From the NCBI GenBank assembly GCA_951406725.2, contig OX597816.1, positions 14,508,001 through 14,572,000 on the forward strand: a stretch of DNA of 64,000 bases. The letters run 5' to 3'. The DNA is from Octopus vulgaris (taxonomy: Eukaryota). Under the pieces are notes generated by a model. The model was not told the origin of the DNA and searched no databases. It saw only the letters and a program-made list of their open reading frames with translations. A program made the position numbers and the translations under genes. Positions 14,648-27,931 of the stretch are shown here, piece after piece. The stretch's first letter is position 1. Each line of letters starts with the position of its first letter.

Positions 14648-14708
14648 TATACACAACCACACATTGTTGCTACAATGCCAGTTTCATTCCTTTATATTTG
14701 TATTTATG

Positions 14709-14740
<32 letters not shown>

Positions 14741-14838
14741 CATATAAGCGTCAGCATGCCAGCATTACTTTATGTGACTTTGTATGTATGTATGTATGTT
14801 TGTATGTATGCATGTATGTATGTATGTATGCATGTATG

Positions 14839-14886
<48 letters not shown>

Positions 14887-15972
14887 ATAATAGAATAGAA
14901 TAGAATAGAATATAAATTACAATTTATTTGTCCATAATTCAGAAATAAGACCACATTCAATATGACTACAGAGGCGGATATATTTTTATATCCTCAAGAA
15001 ATATCTGACTAGTTATGGCATATGCCGAAGGTAATATTCTATTCAGCTATATGCAATAACCAGAAATATATTACCTGATGCCATAAAATATTCAAATGCT
15101 TGTGTATGCATGTATGTGTGTGTGTCTGTGTGTGTGTGTGTATTTGAGTATAGATATGTGTGTGTGTATATATATATATATGTACACATATATATAAATA
15201 AACATATACGCATGGTTATGGAATGAAAAGGAGAGAGAAAGAAACCGCTGCTTACATGCACACATATGCTTCCACAGAAGCTTATAAATATATGATTATG
15301 TAATCTCTTCATGCATACACACTCCTTGACACATTGACTATGCACCTGCGGTTCAGTACACTTCGACATAAGGAACAGCGGCGAAACGTTCGCTAAATGC
15401 TTGCATCGCAAAACCTAATATAGTTTTTGGGGAACGTAACAGCAAAAATAGAGTTATAGGGGCCAGCTTTCCTGCAAAAGGAAATAATGAAAATATTGAT
15501 AACTGCTTTGAAGCTTACAGCTTCTCTGTCCAGATATGTTTTTACAGATTCCCTTGAAGTGAAATGAATTGAAAGTCTGATGAAGAGAAACTGCTCTCTT
15601 GCGGCGAAACACTACAGCGATAAGCAATTTCATGTTCAAATCGGCCGGAATGTATAAAGTATAAACATGGTATCATGTACTGGGACTGAACCCGGAACCA
15701 TGTGGTTGGGAAGCAAACTTCTTACCACACAGCCACACCTACGCCTGAATTCCATAAATACTATTTGTAATTCTGTATTGACTCGAAGTCGCTCAAGAAG
15801 GACTTCAGTTTGAACAGTTTTCATAATGTTGCATATTTAGATGCTTTTATTAAATTCATTTAAACCTAAATAATTCTTGGAATTAAATTGTTTTGATTTA
15901 CTGTCTGGTAACTTTAGTTTCGTTACTACTGCACCGCTTCTTCTTTATATATACATATATATATAGTAAAAG

Positions 15973-16043
<71 letters not shown>

Positions 16044-16231
16044 TTTATAGAAAAAGATATATATATATACATACATATATATATATATAGTAAAATATAT
16101 ATATATATATATTAGAAGGAGGTTTGGAGATGATGTACAGGTATTATATATTAGAAGAAATAAGGTACTCAGAAAGCTGGATGGTTTTATATTTACAGAC
16201 TTTTATTAATATGTTACATGTTTTTAGAAAT

Positions 16232-16278
16232 TATATATTAGCGCTTGCATCCACTCTAGTGGATTCTTCAGATATATA
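16232..16278 (-). ncRNA. Type-I hammerhead motif with one core substitution (A13C)
   Basis: Minus strand reads AUAU-CUGAAGA-AUCCAC(UAGA)GUGGAU-GCA-AGCGCU-A-AUAU. Confidence 0.55.
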
Positions 16279-16904
16279 TATATATACATATTAAACTATG
16301 GTTGCAGAACAAACAAATACAAGGTCATCAACGTAACATTTCATATCTCGAACATTTAATCACATATTAAACCACAGTTTAATATATTTGTCTCATTCAA
16401 TTGAGCACTTCTATAGCAGTCCTATTAAACATTTTGTTCCTGGTAAGAAACAATCACTGTATTATTGATATATATATATATTCATATACATACATACATA
16501 CATACATATATACATACATACATATATACATACATATATATGCATGTGTGGAGGGGTGAATATCAAAAGGGTAGAACTTATGTGAGCACTCACAGCTGCT
16601 TCGTCGGCAAAGAACTGCTTTGAGCGCCAATTTGGTAAATGGTTCTGAAGAAGCTGGAAGATCCTTAAAACAGAGGCAACTATAATCTGACGAAGGCGAT
16701 TACGTAAATCTTGTTCTTTTGTTATTTATTTATCAATGCTTCGGCCTGTACTGACATTCTGGTTCGTAGGAGAATTGGGCGAGGAGGAACTCAAAGAATT
16801 TACGCCCTCTCCTTGGGTGGCACTTACTAATACTTACTAATACCCGTATAATAGTATGGTGAGTTGTGTGTATATCTAGATATATATATATTTATATTTT
16901 TTAT

Positions 16905-17124
16905 TCTTTTATTCTTTTACGTGTTACAGTCATGTTATTGCGGCTAGGCTGGAGCACCGCCTTGAATGGTTTCAGCCGAAAAATTGGCCCCAGGATTTCT
17001 TTAGGCCTAGTATCTATCCTATCGATCTCTTTTGCCAAACCGCTAAGTTATGGAGACGTAGACACACCAACACCTGTTGCCAAACGGTGATGGAGAGACA
17101 AACACAGACACATAGACATACACA

Positions 17125-17162
<38 letters not shown>

Positions 17163-17378
17163 TCTCTCACTCTTTCTGTACACACACACACACACACGCA
17201 CACACACATATATATATACGGTGTGTTTACTTCCCCATCACTTGTTAGTTCAGTAAAAAAGACCGATAGAATAGATTCTAGGCTTACAAAAAGAATAAGT
17301 CTTTGGGTCGATTTGTCCGAATAAAGGCGGTGCTCCAGCATGGCCGCAGTCAAATTTCTGAAACAAGTAAAAGAAAAA
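16905..17378. mobile_element. Two SINE family C 3' halves in inverted orientation around a (TA)n/(CA)n tract
   Basis: gctggagcaccgcc (minus copy, about 16905-17110) and ggcggtgctccagcatggcc (plus copy, about 17220-17378). Confidence 0.7.
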
Positions 17379-17413
17379 TGATACATATATATACCTATAT
17401 ATACATATATATG

Positions 17414-17466
<53 letters not shown>

Positions 17467-17629
17467 AGAGAGAGAGAGAGAGAGAGAGAGATTCTTCCTT
17501 TCTTTAGGTTTTGATTTAAGAAAGACTGGGGCCTATTTCTTGCATATGAAATGACCATGTAGAAGCTCCCTCTATGTGTTGCGTAGGAGTTTCTTGTATC
17601 TGATAAATAATAAAGTTGTATTATTACTA

Positions 17630-17739
<110 letters not shown>

Positions 17740-17913
17740 TCACTGACGTCAGGGCTGCCTACTACTAAGTAGTAACTAAAAGGAATTCATGATTAAAAAT
17801 AAATACCAATTGGCTGGCTGGCTGGTGAATTGGCTGGTGACTCTTCTCTCTAGAAGATTCTCGATTCTCCTTTTTTCTCTCACTTGTTTCGTAACCACTG
17901 CACCTCTTCTTCT

Positions 17914-18052
<139 letters not shown>

Positions 18053-18284
18053 GATTAGTGGTGTCTTAAGGACATTTTGCAGGATATGGAATAACCACGC
18101 TTGGCAAATTTCGTGTGAAAAGGAGGGGGTTGAGTAGAGGGGGGAGGAGGAGGAGGGTGTGAAATATTTCATTGAGAGAAAAATAAATGAAAAACAAACA
18201 AGCAAACAAATAAACAAACACCTAGGCAGTCATTTACCGGAGCTGTTTTTATTTGTGTATTTGGTGTCTGTTGTTGTTGAACTT

Positions 18285-18292
18285 GTTGTTGT

Positions 18293-18354
<62 letters not shown>

Positions 18355-18426
18355 GTGATGATGATGGTGATGATGTTGATGATGATGGTGATGATGATGG
18401 TGATGATGATGGTGATGATGGTGATG

Positions 18427-18458
<32 letters not shown>

Positions 18459-18502
18459 GATGATGATGGTGATGATGGTGATGATGATGGTGGTGGTGGT
18501 GG

Positions 18503-18569
<67 letters not shown>

Positions 18570-18598
18570 GATGGTGATGATGATGGTGGTGGTGGTGG

Positions 18599-18647
<49 letters not shown>

Positions 18648-18709
18648 GGTGATGATGATGGTGATGGTGATGATGATGATGATGGTGATGATGATGGTGG
18701 TGGTGGTGG

Positions 18710-18758
<49 letters not shown>

Positions 18759-18789
18759 GATGATGATGATGGTGATGATGATGGTGATG

Positions 18790-18876
<87 letters not shown>

Positions 18877-18950
18877 GTGATGGTGTTGGTGGTGGTGGTG
18901 GCGGCAGTGGGTGTGGTGGTGTTGGTGGTGATGATGATGATAATGATGTT
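18285..18950. repeat. (GAT)n/(GGT)n compound trinucleotide array
   Basis: Read directly; this is the source of the poly-D and poly-M ORFs. Confidence 0.95.
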
Positions 18951-19158
18951 GCTTAGGTTGGTGTGCTTTGATTCTGTTGTTCTTGTTTGCTTTTGTTGTG
19001 CTTGTTTTTTTTTTAATTTTTGTTTTTATGTTCTTTTATTTATGAGAGAAGCGCAAGAAAATCTGCAGGGAATTTGGTAACATATTTATTCTATCATTTA
19101 CGGTTTCATATTACTCGCTGACACCATTTCTACCTTTGATTTAATCGCTCAAACACAG

Positions 19159-19191
<33 letters not shown>

Positions 19192-19340
19192 CATACATCT
19201 AGGCGTACGCATAGCTGTGTGGTAACAGGTTTACTTCCACTGAGTGACACATTGAGCAAGTGTCTTCTACTATTACCTCGGGCAGACCAAGGCTTTTTGA
19301 GTGAAATTGTTTGACAAAAACTGAAGACCCCTCGTGTGTG

Positions 19341-19389
<49 letters not shown>

Positions 19390-19656
19390 ATGGTATTATT
19401 AAAATATCATCACAAGTGGTAACGAAATATTAGCCGTACAAGCAAATTAATAAAATATATACATACAATATTAGATATGTACATATATACACAAGGGTAC
19501 TAAATGAGTACCTATATCGCTAAAGATAGAAGTAAAAAATACTTCTGTACCACCGAAAAGTCACAAATCTATTACAAGATAGGAAAAAATATCAGTGAAC
19601 AATAATAATGTCTTACCATGTATAAATATATATTTATTTATTTATTTATTTATATA

Positions 19657-19754
<98 letters not shown>

Positions 19755-19766
19755 TGTAAATATATA

Positions 19767-20988
19767 TACTGACATAACCGAAGTAAATAGATACCCTTAT
19801 AATTATTAAAGCATATTGAAATCTGAAATTATACATTCAGATTAACTATTAATTGTGAAAATGTGAACATTTAATATTCAGTAGACATGCCCTTCCTTTA
19901 CATTTGTCAATGCAAAGATCCTATTAGTCATGTTACTGAGCAGATGATAAATATTCTCTTGCGGAATTTCTTGCCAACTTTCATGCAGTAATCTCAAAAT
20001 ATCTGGCTTCGAAAATGTTTTCATGTTATTTATAGGAAGTGTCCTGTCCATTATCTTCCAGAGGTGTTCAATAGGGTTCATAGCTTGTGACAAGCTTGGT
20101 TTTGAAAGCTATTTAATGCCATTCTCATCCAACAATTCTCGGCTCATTTTAGCCGTGTGACAAGAAGCCCCATTTTCCATAAATAATGAGTGTTCTTTAA
20201 TAATTTCACTGCTGGAGAAGATTGGAAGGAGTCCTTTTTGCAATAAGGACACATATTTATCTGAGTTTATGTTTCCCTCACACTCCACCAGCTCTGATCA
20301 AGCATTGCTCAAAATTGCTCCCCAGACCATTACAATAGCTTGCCATGTTTCATTGTTGGCTGCAATCTTTTCACATCAAATTCTGGATCACAAAGTCTCC
20401 AGATCCACACTCGACCACAACCAGGAAATACAGCACATTTGGACTAATCAGAGAATATGTCAGAATCCCAAAATGCTAGTAGCTTCTCTATCACCTCACT
20501 GACGTAAACTTTTCTTTGCTTGATGTTGTCTGGTCGAAGATGTGGCTTCCTTCTTGTTGCTCTGCCATAGTAGCCAAGCTTGTGGAGACACCTGACAGCT
20601 GTTCTGGGACTGACATCAACTTGTTCTGCTATGCCAGAGGCCTTGCAACGAGGACTATCCTCTAGAAATCTCTTAACAAAGTGAAGGGTCCTGTCAGAGG
20701 GCCCTTGTTGATCTGGGTGAGGTGATGGGGACTCTTTCCTTTTTCTGGTGAATTGCACAATCACTCTATTAACAGCAGAAAGCGGCATCCCAAGGCTTTC
20801 TGCAATTTTACGCCTCTTTGAAATTCAGACAGTTACAAGGCTTCTTTTGTACAAGGCATGATTAAACAGTCACATATAGAACCTGAAACATAAAAATGAC
20901 AATTAATAAAGGATATAAACCTTTACAAGTTTGAATAAACATAAAACGATGTTTTATGGGGTGTCTATTTACTTCCGGCATGTCTGTG
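19767..20988 (-). mobile_element. Near full-length decayed Tc1-like transposon (transposase pseudogene)
   Basis: ~30-bp TIRs (tactgacataaccgaagtaaatagataccc / gggtgtctatttacttccggcatgtctgtg) inside TA repeats. Peptides SPRTAVRCLHKLGYYGRATRRKPHL, MENGASCHTAK and MNPIEHLW..WQEIPQE, with frameshifts. Confidence 0.88.
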
Positions 20989-21044
20989 TGTATATGTGTG
21001 AATGTGTGTGTGTGTATATATATAAATACGTGTATGTATATATA

Positions 21045-21077
<33 letters not shown>

Positions 21078-21084
21078 ATATGTA

Positions 21085-21128
<44 letters not shown>

Positions 21129-21134
21129 CATATA

Positions 21135-21179
<45 letters not shown>

Positions 21180-21361
21180 ATATATATATATACACATATA
21201 TATATAGATGTCATATATTGTACTATATTATATATATATATACATGTTTCCATGTATTTTCGTGGTTGATACATATATATATATGACACTCTCTGTGTAT
21301 ATATATATATATTATACACACTCGTACACACCACACACACACACCATATATATATACACAC

Positions 21362-21419
<58 letters not shown>

Positions 21420-21677
21420 AGAGAGAGAGACGCATGCACAACAGAAATATGGATTCAAAGAATTAATCTGATCATATTATGAGCTCTCCCCCGGGTTTAC
21501 AGCATAATAATATATTTACATAAGCGCATCTATCAGCATCAGTATTTGGGACGTGCTTAGCATTGCTAACTTAAACACACCAATGTTATATAATAATTCT
21601 AAAACGTTTACTTCAGACTTTTGATATTATCAGGCAAAAGATGGCAAAATATGTTGCAATATTCCATTATGCGTAAC

Positions 21678-21890
21678 GCGGTGAATTGGCCGAGTCGTTA
21701 GCACGCCGAACAAAATGCTTAGCGTCATTTCGTCCGTTTTCACGTTCTGAGTTCAAATGCCGCCGAGGTTCACTTTGCTTTTATTTTTTCGGGGTCGATA
21801 AAATAAATACCAGTTGAGTAGTAGAGTCTATTTTATCGATTTAAACCTTCCTCGAAATTGCTGGCCTTGTGCCAAAATTTGAAACTAATA
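21678..21890 (+). mobile_element. SINE family A, with its 3' end duplicated in inverted orientation (21921-21990)
   Basis: Head cgttagcacgccg, B box gagttcaaatgcc, tail ggccttgtgccaaaatttgaaac. Confidence 0.8.
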
Positions 21891-21990
21891 TTGGAACGCC
21901 CTACGATCCAAGCTAAGCACAGGGGCGTTCCAATATTGGTTTCAAATTTTGGCACAAGGCCAGCAATATCGGGGGAGGTTTAAATCGATA

Positions 21991-22322
21991 GTGCTTGAGG
22001 AGACCTATTGAGTCAAGTATGTCAAAATCAAAATAAAAATCAAATGGAAATTGAAGTTGTGATACCTGTGCCGGTAGCATGTAAAAAGCACCATCCGAAC
22101 GTGGCCGATGCCAGCCTCATCTGGCCCCTGTGCCGGTGGCACGTAAAAAGCACACACTACACTCTTTGAGTGGTTGGCGTTAGGAAGGGCATCCAGCTGT
22201 AGAAACACTGCCAGATCAGACTAGATCCTGGTGCAGCCATCTGGTTCGCCAGACCCTAGTCGAATCATCCAACCCATGCTGGCATGGAAAACGGACGTTA
22301 AACGAGGATGATGATGATGATG
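21991..22322 (+). mobile_element. SINE family D, ending in a (GAT)n tail
   Basis: gagtggttggcgttaggaagggcatccagctgtagaaac..ggaaaacggacgttaaacga(tga)n; second copy at 35328-35490. Confidence 0.75.
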
Positions 22323-22636
22323 ACTGGAACTGGCAGATTCGTTACTGAGTCGGTTGAAATATCACCGAGGTTGATTTTATCTTTCATTCTTTCGGGATCG
22401 ATAAAATAATGATCAGTTTAGGACTGGGATCGATGTAATCGACTTACCCCTCTTTCGAAATTGCCTGCCTTGAGCTAAAATGTGAAACCGATATTCTGGT
22501 TTTTTTTTTTTTTTGGGTGGGGTTCAGCTAAACTTCCTTTACTAGTTAAACTTATTTCAGTTTTTGAACCAGTTGACGACACACAAGATGTCGAAATATC
22601 GTTCACTAGATAACAATAGCACTCTTCTTTTGAGTC

Positions 22637-22710
<74 letters not shown>

Positions 22711-22752
22711 CCATCATTATTAGAATTATTATTATTATCATTATTATTATTA

Positions 22753-22805
<53 letters not shown>

Positions 22806-23420
22806 GTTATTATTGTTATTGTTATTATTATCATTATTATTATCATCATCATCATCACCACCACCATTATTATTATTACTATTAATGTTTACATTAGTCT
22901 TTTGAAATTTTTTTTATCATTACGCAGTTTGTTTAAAAATGCTATTTTCTACTTCATAAAAATTATTTATTTTATCAGTGAATATAAAAGCATTTTTTTG
23001 GTATTCTTAATAACTGCATAAAGTTTATTTTGGAAGGAGTTAGTTTATTTACAGAAACGTCTGCTAGCTAGTACGTCTAACAAGTTGGATTCAAAAAGCT
23101 TCAAGTTCTTTAATTCTTGGTGGGCTTACTGTTATTTTGATGCCGAAATGTTCAATGCTTACATCCAAAGCATCAGAATCGCAAACGAAAGCTTTCAATT
23201 GTATGCACGAAACTAGACAACGTCCTCCGTTTTCTCAAGTGGTTTGTATATATAGAACTAGTTTGTTTGTTTGTGTGGAAATGGTATTCGTAGAATATGC
23301 AAAGTTGCACCGAACCTGCTTGGTGTTATAATTCCTGCTCATAGAAAGTGTGTTGTTATGAAATGCCACTTGTCTTATACTGTATGATCTGATACAAATC
23401 TGTAATCTGTAGCAGCACAG

Positions 23421-23811
23421 CAGGGCCAGCCTTAGGGTTGCTTGCGCAACCTGAACTTAGGCGCGTACAAGCTGACGGTCTTGGGCAGAATCGTTAGCAC
23501 GCCGGGCGAAATGCGTAGCCGTATTTCGTCTGCCGTTATGTCCTGAGTTCAAATTCCGCCGAGGTCGACTTTACCTTTCATCCTTTCGGGGTCGATTAAA
23601 TAAGTACCAGTTACGCACTGGGGTCGATATAATAGACTTAATCCGTTTGTCTGTCCTTGTTTGTCCTGTCCTCTCTGTGTTCAGCCCCTTGTGAGTAGTA
23701 AAGAAATAGGTCTTGGAAATTTCCTTGTCTTAGTCACGCCCTCCTTGGCGCCCCCGAGCACATGGCGCCCCGAGCGACTGCCCGAGTTGCTGGTATCTTG
23801 AGCCGGCCCTG
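23421..23811. mobile_element. hAT-like MITE with a nested SINE A (about 23485-23708)
   Basis: TIRs cagggccagc / gccggccctg; degenerate 8-bp TSD cagcacag / ctgcacac; the nested SINE is flanked by a ggtcttgg direct repeat. Confidence 0.65.
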
Positions 23812-24189
23812 CTGCACACTGTAGGACTGTAGTATACCACAGGTTCAAAAATCCTCAATAGAATATATTTCATGTTACACAAAGAAGCGGTGCACAATAC
23901 TAGAATTTTCGACTCGAGTCAAATATAACAAACTACTTCAAGTTATTGTTAGAGTGCCCACATAAGTGGGGTCAATTTTGACATTGATCCCTTCGAGGTC
24001 AATAATATAGACATCTGTCAACTAATTCCTGGGGTTGAGGCCACCAATACCCAACTTCACCACTAAAATTGCTGGTCTTGTGCCAAAACTTGAAAGAGGT
24101 ACAGTTCTATATTTGAGAGATGAGGAATTATGTACATTATTTACATTATTTACATTTGACGGATATTTGTCCTCATCTTGTTTGTTGTT

Positions 24190-24235
24190 AACACAACGTT
24201 TCGGCTCATATACTCTCCAGCCTTCATCAAGTGTC
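24190..24235 (-). ncRNA. Minimal hammerhead motif (C3U copy) in the repeat at about 24102-24278
   Basis: Minus strand reads GACAC-UUGAUGA-A-GGCU..AGCC-GAA-ACGU-U-GUGUU. Confidence 0.6.
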
Positions 24236-24415
24236 CTGGGGAATTTTCAAACCTGGGTTCTCATTCCTAAGGTATTTTAAAAGAAGCAGTACATATTCTA
24301 GGACATATTCTAACCTCCTAAGCAGACCTAGTGGAGATATAAGTAGTATATGGGAACTGGTATTAAGGAAGGATAGGAAAATATTAGATTTATAAGCCCT
24401 AAAATTCATCCCATA

Positions 24416-24473
24416 ACGGGCATATGGCGTTGTGGTTAAGAGCGCGGGTTACTAACCCCAAGATTCCGAGTAA

Positions 24474-24477
<4 letters not shown>
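24416..24477 (+). mobile_element. tRNA-like SINE head with truncated T-arm/B box
   Basis: gggcata-tggcgttgtggttaagagcgc-gggttactaaccc-caagattccgagt: A-box-like segment and anticodon-like hairpin, running straight into (AAT)n. Confidence 0.65.
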
Positions 24478-24554
<77 letters not shown>

Positions 24555-24555
<1 letters not shown>

Positions 24556-25576
24556 CTGAACAACCCGAGGGAAGTACGGCAACTATTGTTGCAAAGAAGG
24601 TGAAAATGATGGCAATGAAAAAAGCGCACGAGCAATTGGCTGATAGGTGGGAGGAGAAACCTCTGCACGGCAAATATGTGACCCGCAGCAAACAAGCTGA
24701 TGTTGACCAGAAGCAAACCCATCAGTGGCTACGGAGCTCAGGGCTAAAAGCAGAGAGCGAAGGTTTCATCCTGGCTGCTCAAGATCAAAGCCTATTAACC
24801 CGGAACTACCAGGTCAATGTGATGAAAAATGGAGCGGACCCAAAATGCCGATTCTGCAACGACATGATTGAAACAGTGGACCACCTAATCTCTGGATGTA
24901 AAGTCTTAGCACCAGTGGAGTATAAATTAAGACATGACAGAGTTGGCCAATATCTCCACTGGCTAATAAGTCGGCATTACAATATCAAAACTGCCGACAA
25001 GTGGTATAATCAGGCTGTAACTGAAGGAGAAAATGTAACCATTCTGTGGGACTTTCCAGTACATACAGACCGAACCATCAAGGCCAATAAACCAGATATT
25101 GTTGTGAAAGACCAAAACAATAAAGTTTGCTTATTGATCGACATGAGCATCCCCTGTGATCATAATATCTCAGCGAAAGAGTTTGACAAGCTCAGAAAAT
25201 ATAAAGACCTACTCATTGAAATGAGAAAATGTGGCATCTCAAGGCGGTTACAATACCAGTGATTGTAGGAGCACTAGGAATGATCAAGAAGGGAACCGAA
25301 AATTATATGAGAATGATCCCTGGCTCACCATCCCTGCAAGAAGTGCAAAAGATTGTCTTAACTGGTACATCACACGTATTGAGAAGAGCATTGTCGATGT
25401 GAGAACTGTTGCTGCTCATGTATTTTAATTTAACTTAAAAAAAAAACAAAAAAAAATGAACGAACTATTGAGTTTGGTTTAATGGCCTACCAATGTATAC
25501 TATGAGTTTCTTTGCCCTAGGAGTCGGGAAGACACTCGGCAAGAAATGGAAGCAAATTTGAAAGAAGAAAAAAAAA

Positions 25577-25578
<2 letters not shown>
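24555..25578 (+). mobile_element. 5'-truncated R4/Dong-like non-LTR retrotransposon (restriction-like endonuclease domain plus 3' UTR)
   Basis: ORF 24600-25262 has a CCHC knuckle CRFC..ETVDHLISGC, RHD, KPDIV, LIDMSIP and KYKDL. A frameshift near 25225 continues in another frame to a stop near 25400. Flanked on both sides by (AAT)n. Confidence 0.88.
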
Positions 25579-25640
<62 letters not shown>

Positions 25641-25647
25641 TAATAAC

Positions 25648-25688
<41 letters not shown>

Positions 25689-25703
25689 TAATAATAATAA
25701 TAA

Positions 25704-26120
25704 GTTACTGAGCAAATATAAAAATCTTGAAATAGAAATCAGCAAAATGTGGAACCTGAAGACTAAAACAATACCTGTTGTCATAGGTGCCCTGGGAATG
25801 ATAGCGAAAGGGACTGATTGCTACATAACTCAGATACCAGGAAACCCCCAAATGGCAGAAATTCAAAAGATAGTGCTCATGGGAACTGCTCATATCCTAC
25901 GCAAAATACTCTCTATGTAATCCCAAGGTTTAAAACAAACTTTTTTTTTTACTTATTTATTAGACATTCACTAGTACAACACCAAAAAAAAATATATATA
26001 TATATATATGGCAGACTAGGCATAACAACAACGTGAACTTCCAACCTGTTGTCTCTTGAGGTCTCTGGGTGAGACTTGGAGCCAACTTGTACAGACATAA
26101 AGCAAAAGTCAAACATAGAA
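25704..26120 (+). mobile_element. R4/Dong-like 3' fragment, second subfamily
   Basis: LSKYKNLEIEISKMWNLKTKTIPVVIGALG..QKIVLMGTAHILRKILS, then a 3' UTR ending gtcaaacatagaataat; lies in (AAT)n. Confidence 0.85.
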
Positions 26121-26202
26121 TAATAATATTAATAATAATAATGATGATGATGATGATGATGATGATGACGACGATGATCATGATGATGATGATCATGATG
26201 AT

Positions 26203-26273
<71 letters not shown>

Positions 26274-26302
26274 CAACAACAACAACATCGAAATTTCCCC
26301 GG

Positions 26303-26348
26303 GACAGCTGAAGAAGGCTGGAGAATATATTAGCCGAAACGTTGTGTT
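26303..26348 (+). ncRNA. Minimal hammerhead motif with intact core, in the repeat at about 26285-26400
   Basis: GACAG-CUGAAGA-A-GGCU..AGCC-GAA-ACGU-U-GUGUU; the innermost stem I pair is mismatched. Inverted copy of 24135-24250. Confidence 0.65.
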
Positions 26349-26771
26349 AAGAACAAACAAGATGAGGACAAATATCCGTCAAATGTAAATAATGTAAATG
26401 ACTGAAAGACGTATTTCTTCAAAGTTTCTCTTCAAACCTATCAAAAGAATGTAAGTTTGTACATGGTTAAGGTATGCAAACATCTGATAGGAATGCACTT
26501 TTATACGTTCACCAATTGTAAACGGTATACGTTCATAAAAGAGTGAATGTAGGCAGTAGAAATATTCCTAGTTTCGCAGGCAACATTTTTTTACTGGCAA
26601 ATAAATAACATTATTGACGAGCACAATAGAGTAGGTGGTAAGAGCCACGCGACTGAAATTGTTCACAGGCTTTCAATTCCTAAGAGCATGTATTTTTTCC
26701 TGCCACCCACGATGGTTATAACTTTGAGAAAAAAAAAAAACTTGTACACCATCATAATTTTCATCTCTTTT

Positions 26772-27172
26772 TGGCTGTGTGGTAAGTAGCTTCTTTACCA
26801 GCCACATGGTTCCGGGTTCAGTCCCACTGCGTGGCACCTTGGGGAAGTGTCTTCTACTACAGCCCCGGCCGACCAAAGCCTTGTGAGTGGATTTGGTAGA
26901 CGGAAACTGAAAGAAGCCTGTCGTATATATGTATATATATATATATATATATAGGTATGTATGTGTGTGTTTGTGTGTCTGTGTTTGTCCCCCTAGCATT
27001 GCTTAACAACCGATGCTGGTGTGTTTACGTCCCCGTCACTTAGCGGTTCGGCAAAAGAGACCGATAGAATAAGCACTGGGCTTACAAAGAATAAGTCCCG
27101 GGGTCGAGTTGCTCGATTAAAGGCGGTGCTCCAGCATGGCCACAGTCAAATAACTGAAACAAGTAAAAGAGA
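26772..27172 (+). mobile_element. SINE family C
   Basis: ggctgtgtggtaagtagc..gggttcagtcccactgcgtggcaccttgg..internal microsatellite..ggcggtgctccagcatggcc..gaaacaagtaaaagag. Confidence 0.85.
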
Positions 27173-27189
27173 ATATATATATATATATA

Positions 27190-27325
<136 letters not shown>

Positions 27326-27616
27326 TAACAAAAAGGGTTTGCAACAAGTTGCATGACCACATACCGCAAATTTTAGAAATACCAGCCAAAGGACTACTAT
27401 TTCTTTTTTCTGTGGTCATGCAAATTGTTTGCTAACCCTTATTGTTATAATTATATAAGTTTTTACCGAATATGGTCCTTTTCCATACCGAAATACTACT
27501 AGGTGAAATTTGTTGATTTTATTAAATTAATTATCTTTCACCCTATATCTGTAATGTATATATATATATACATACGTATATATATATATGCATACATACA
27601 TACATACATACATACA

Positions 27617-27647
<31 letters not shown>

Positions 27648-27817
27648 GTATATATAAATATATATATATATATAAAATATCGTGTACATTAAAACACATT
27701 AAGAGGCTTCCATCATAGGAAAGCCTTGTGCTAGAAAGAGCAGTAAACAACTCAAACCACTAATTAGGGATAAATCTTCGAAGGGAAGATTTTATATACA
27801 CACACACACATATCCAC

Positions 27818-27931
<114 letters not shown>

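Noticed and set aside
15586-15625. ctgatga-agaga..tctct-tgcggc-gaaac hammerhead-like string
   Set aside because: Six extra nucleotides before GAAA, and no stem I, stem III or UH site.
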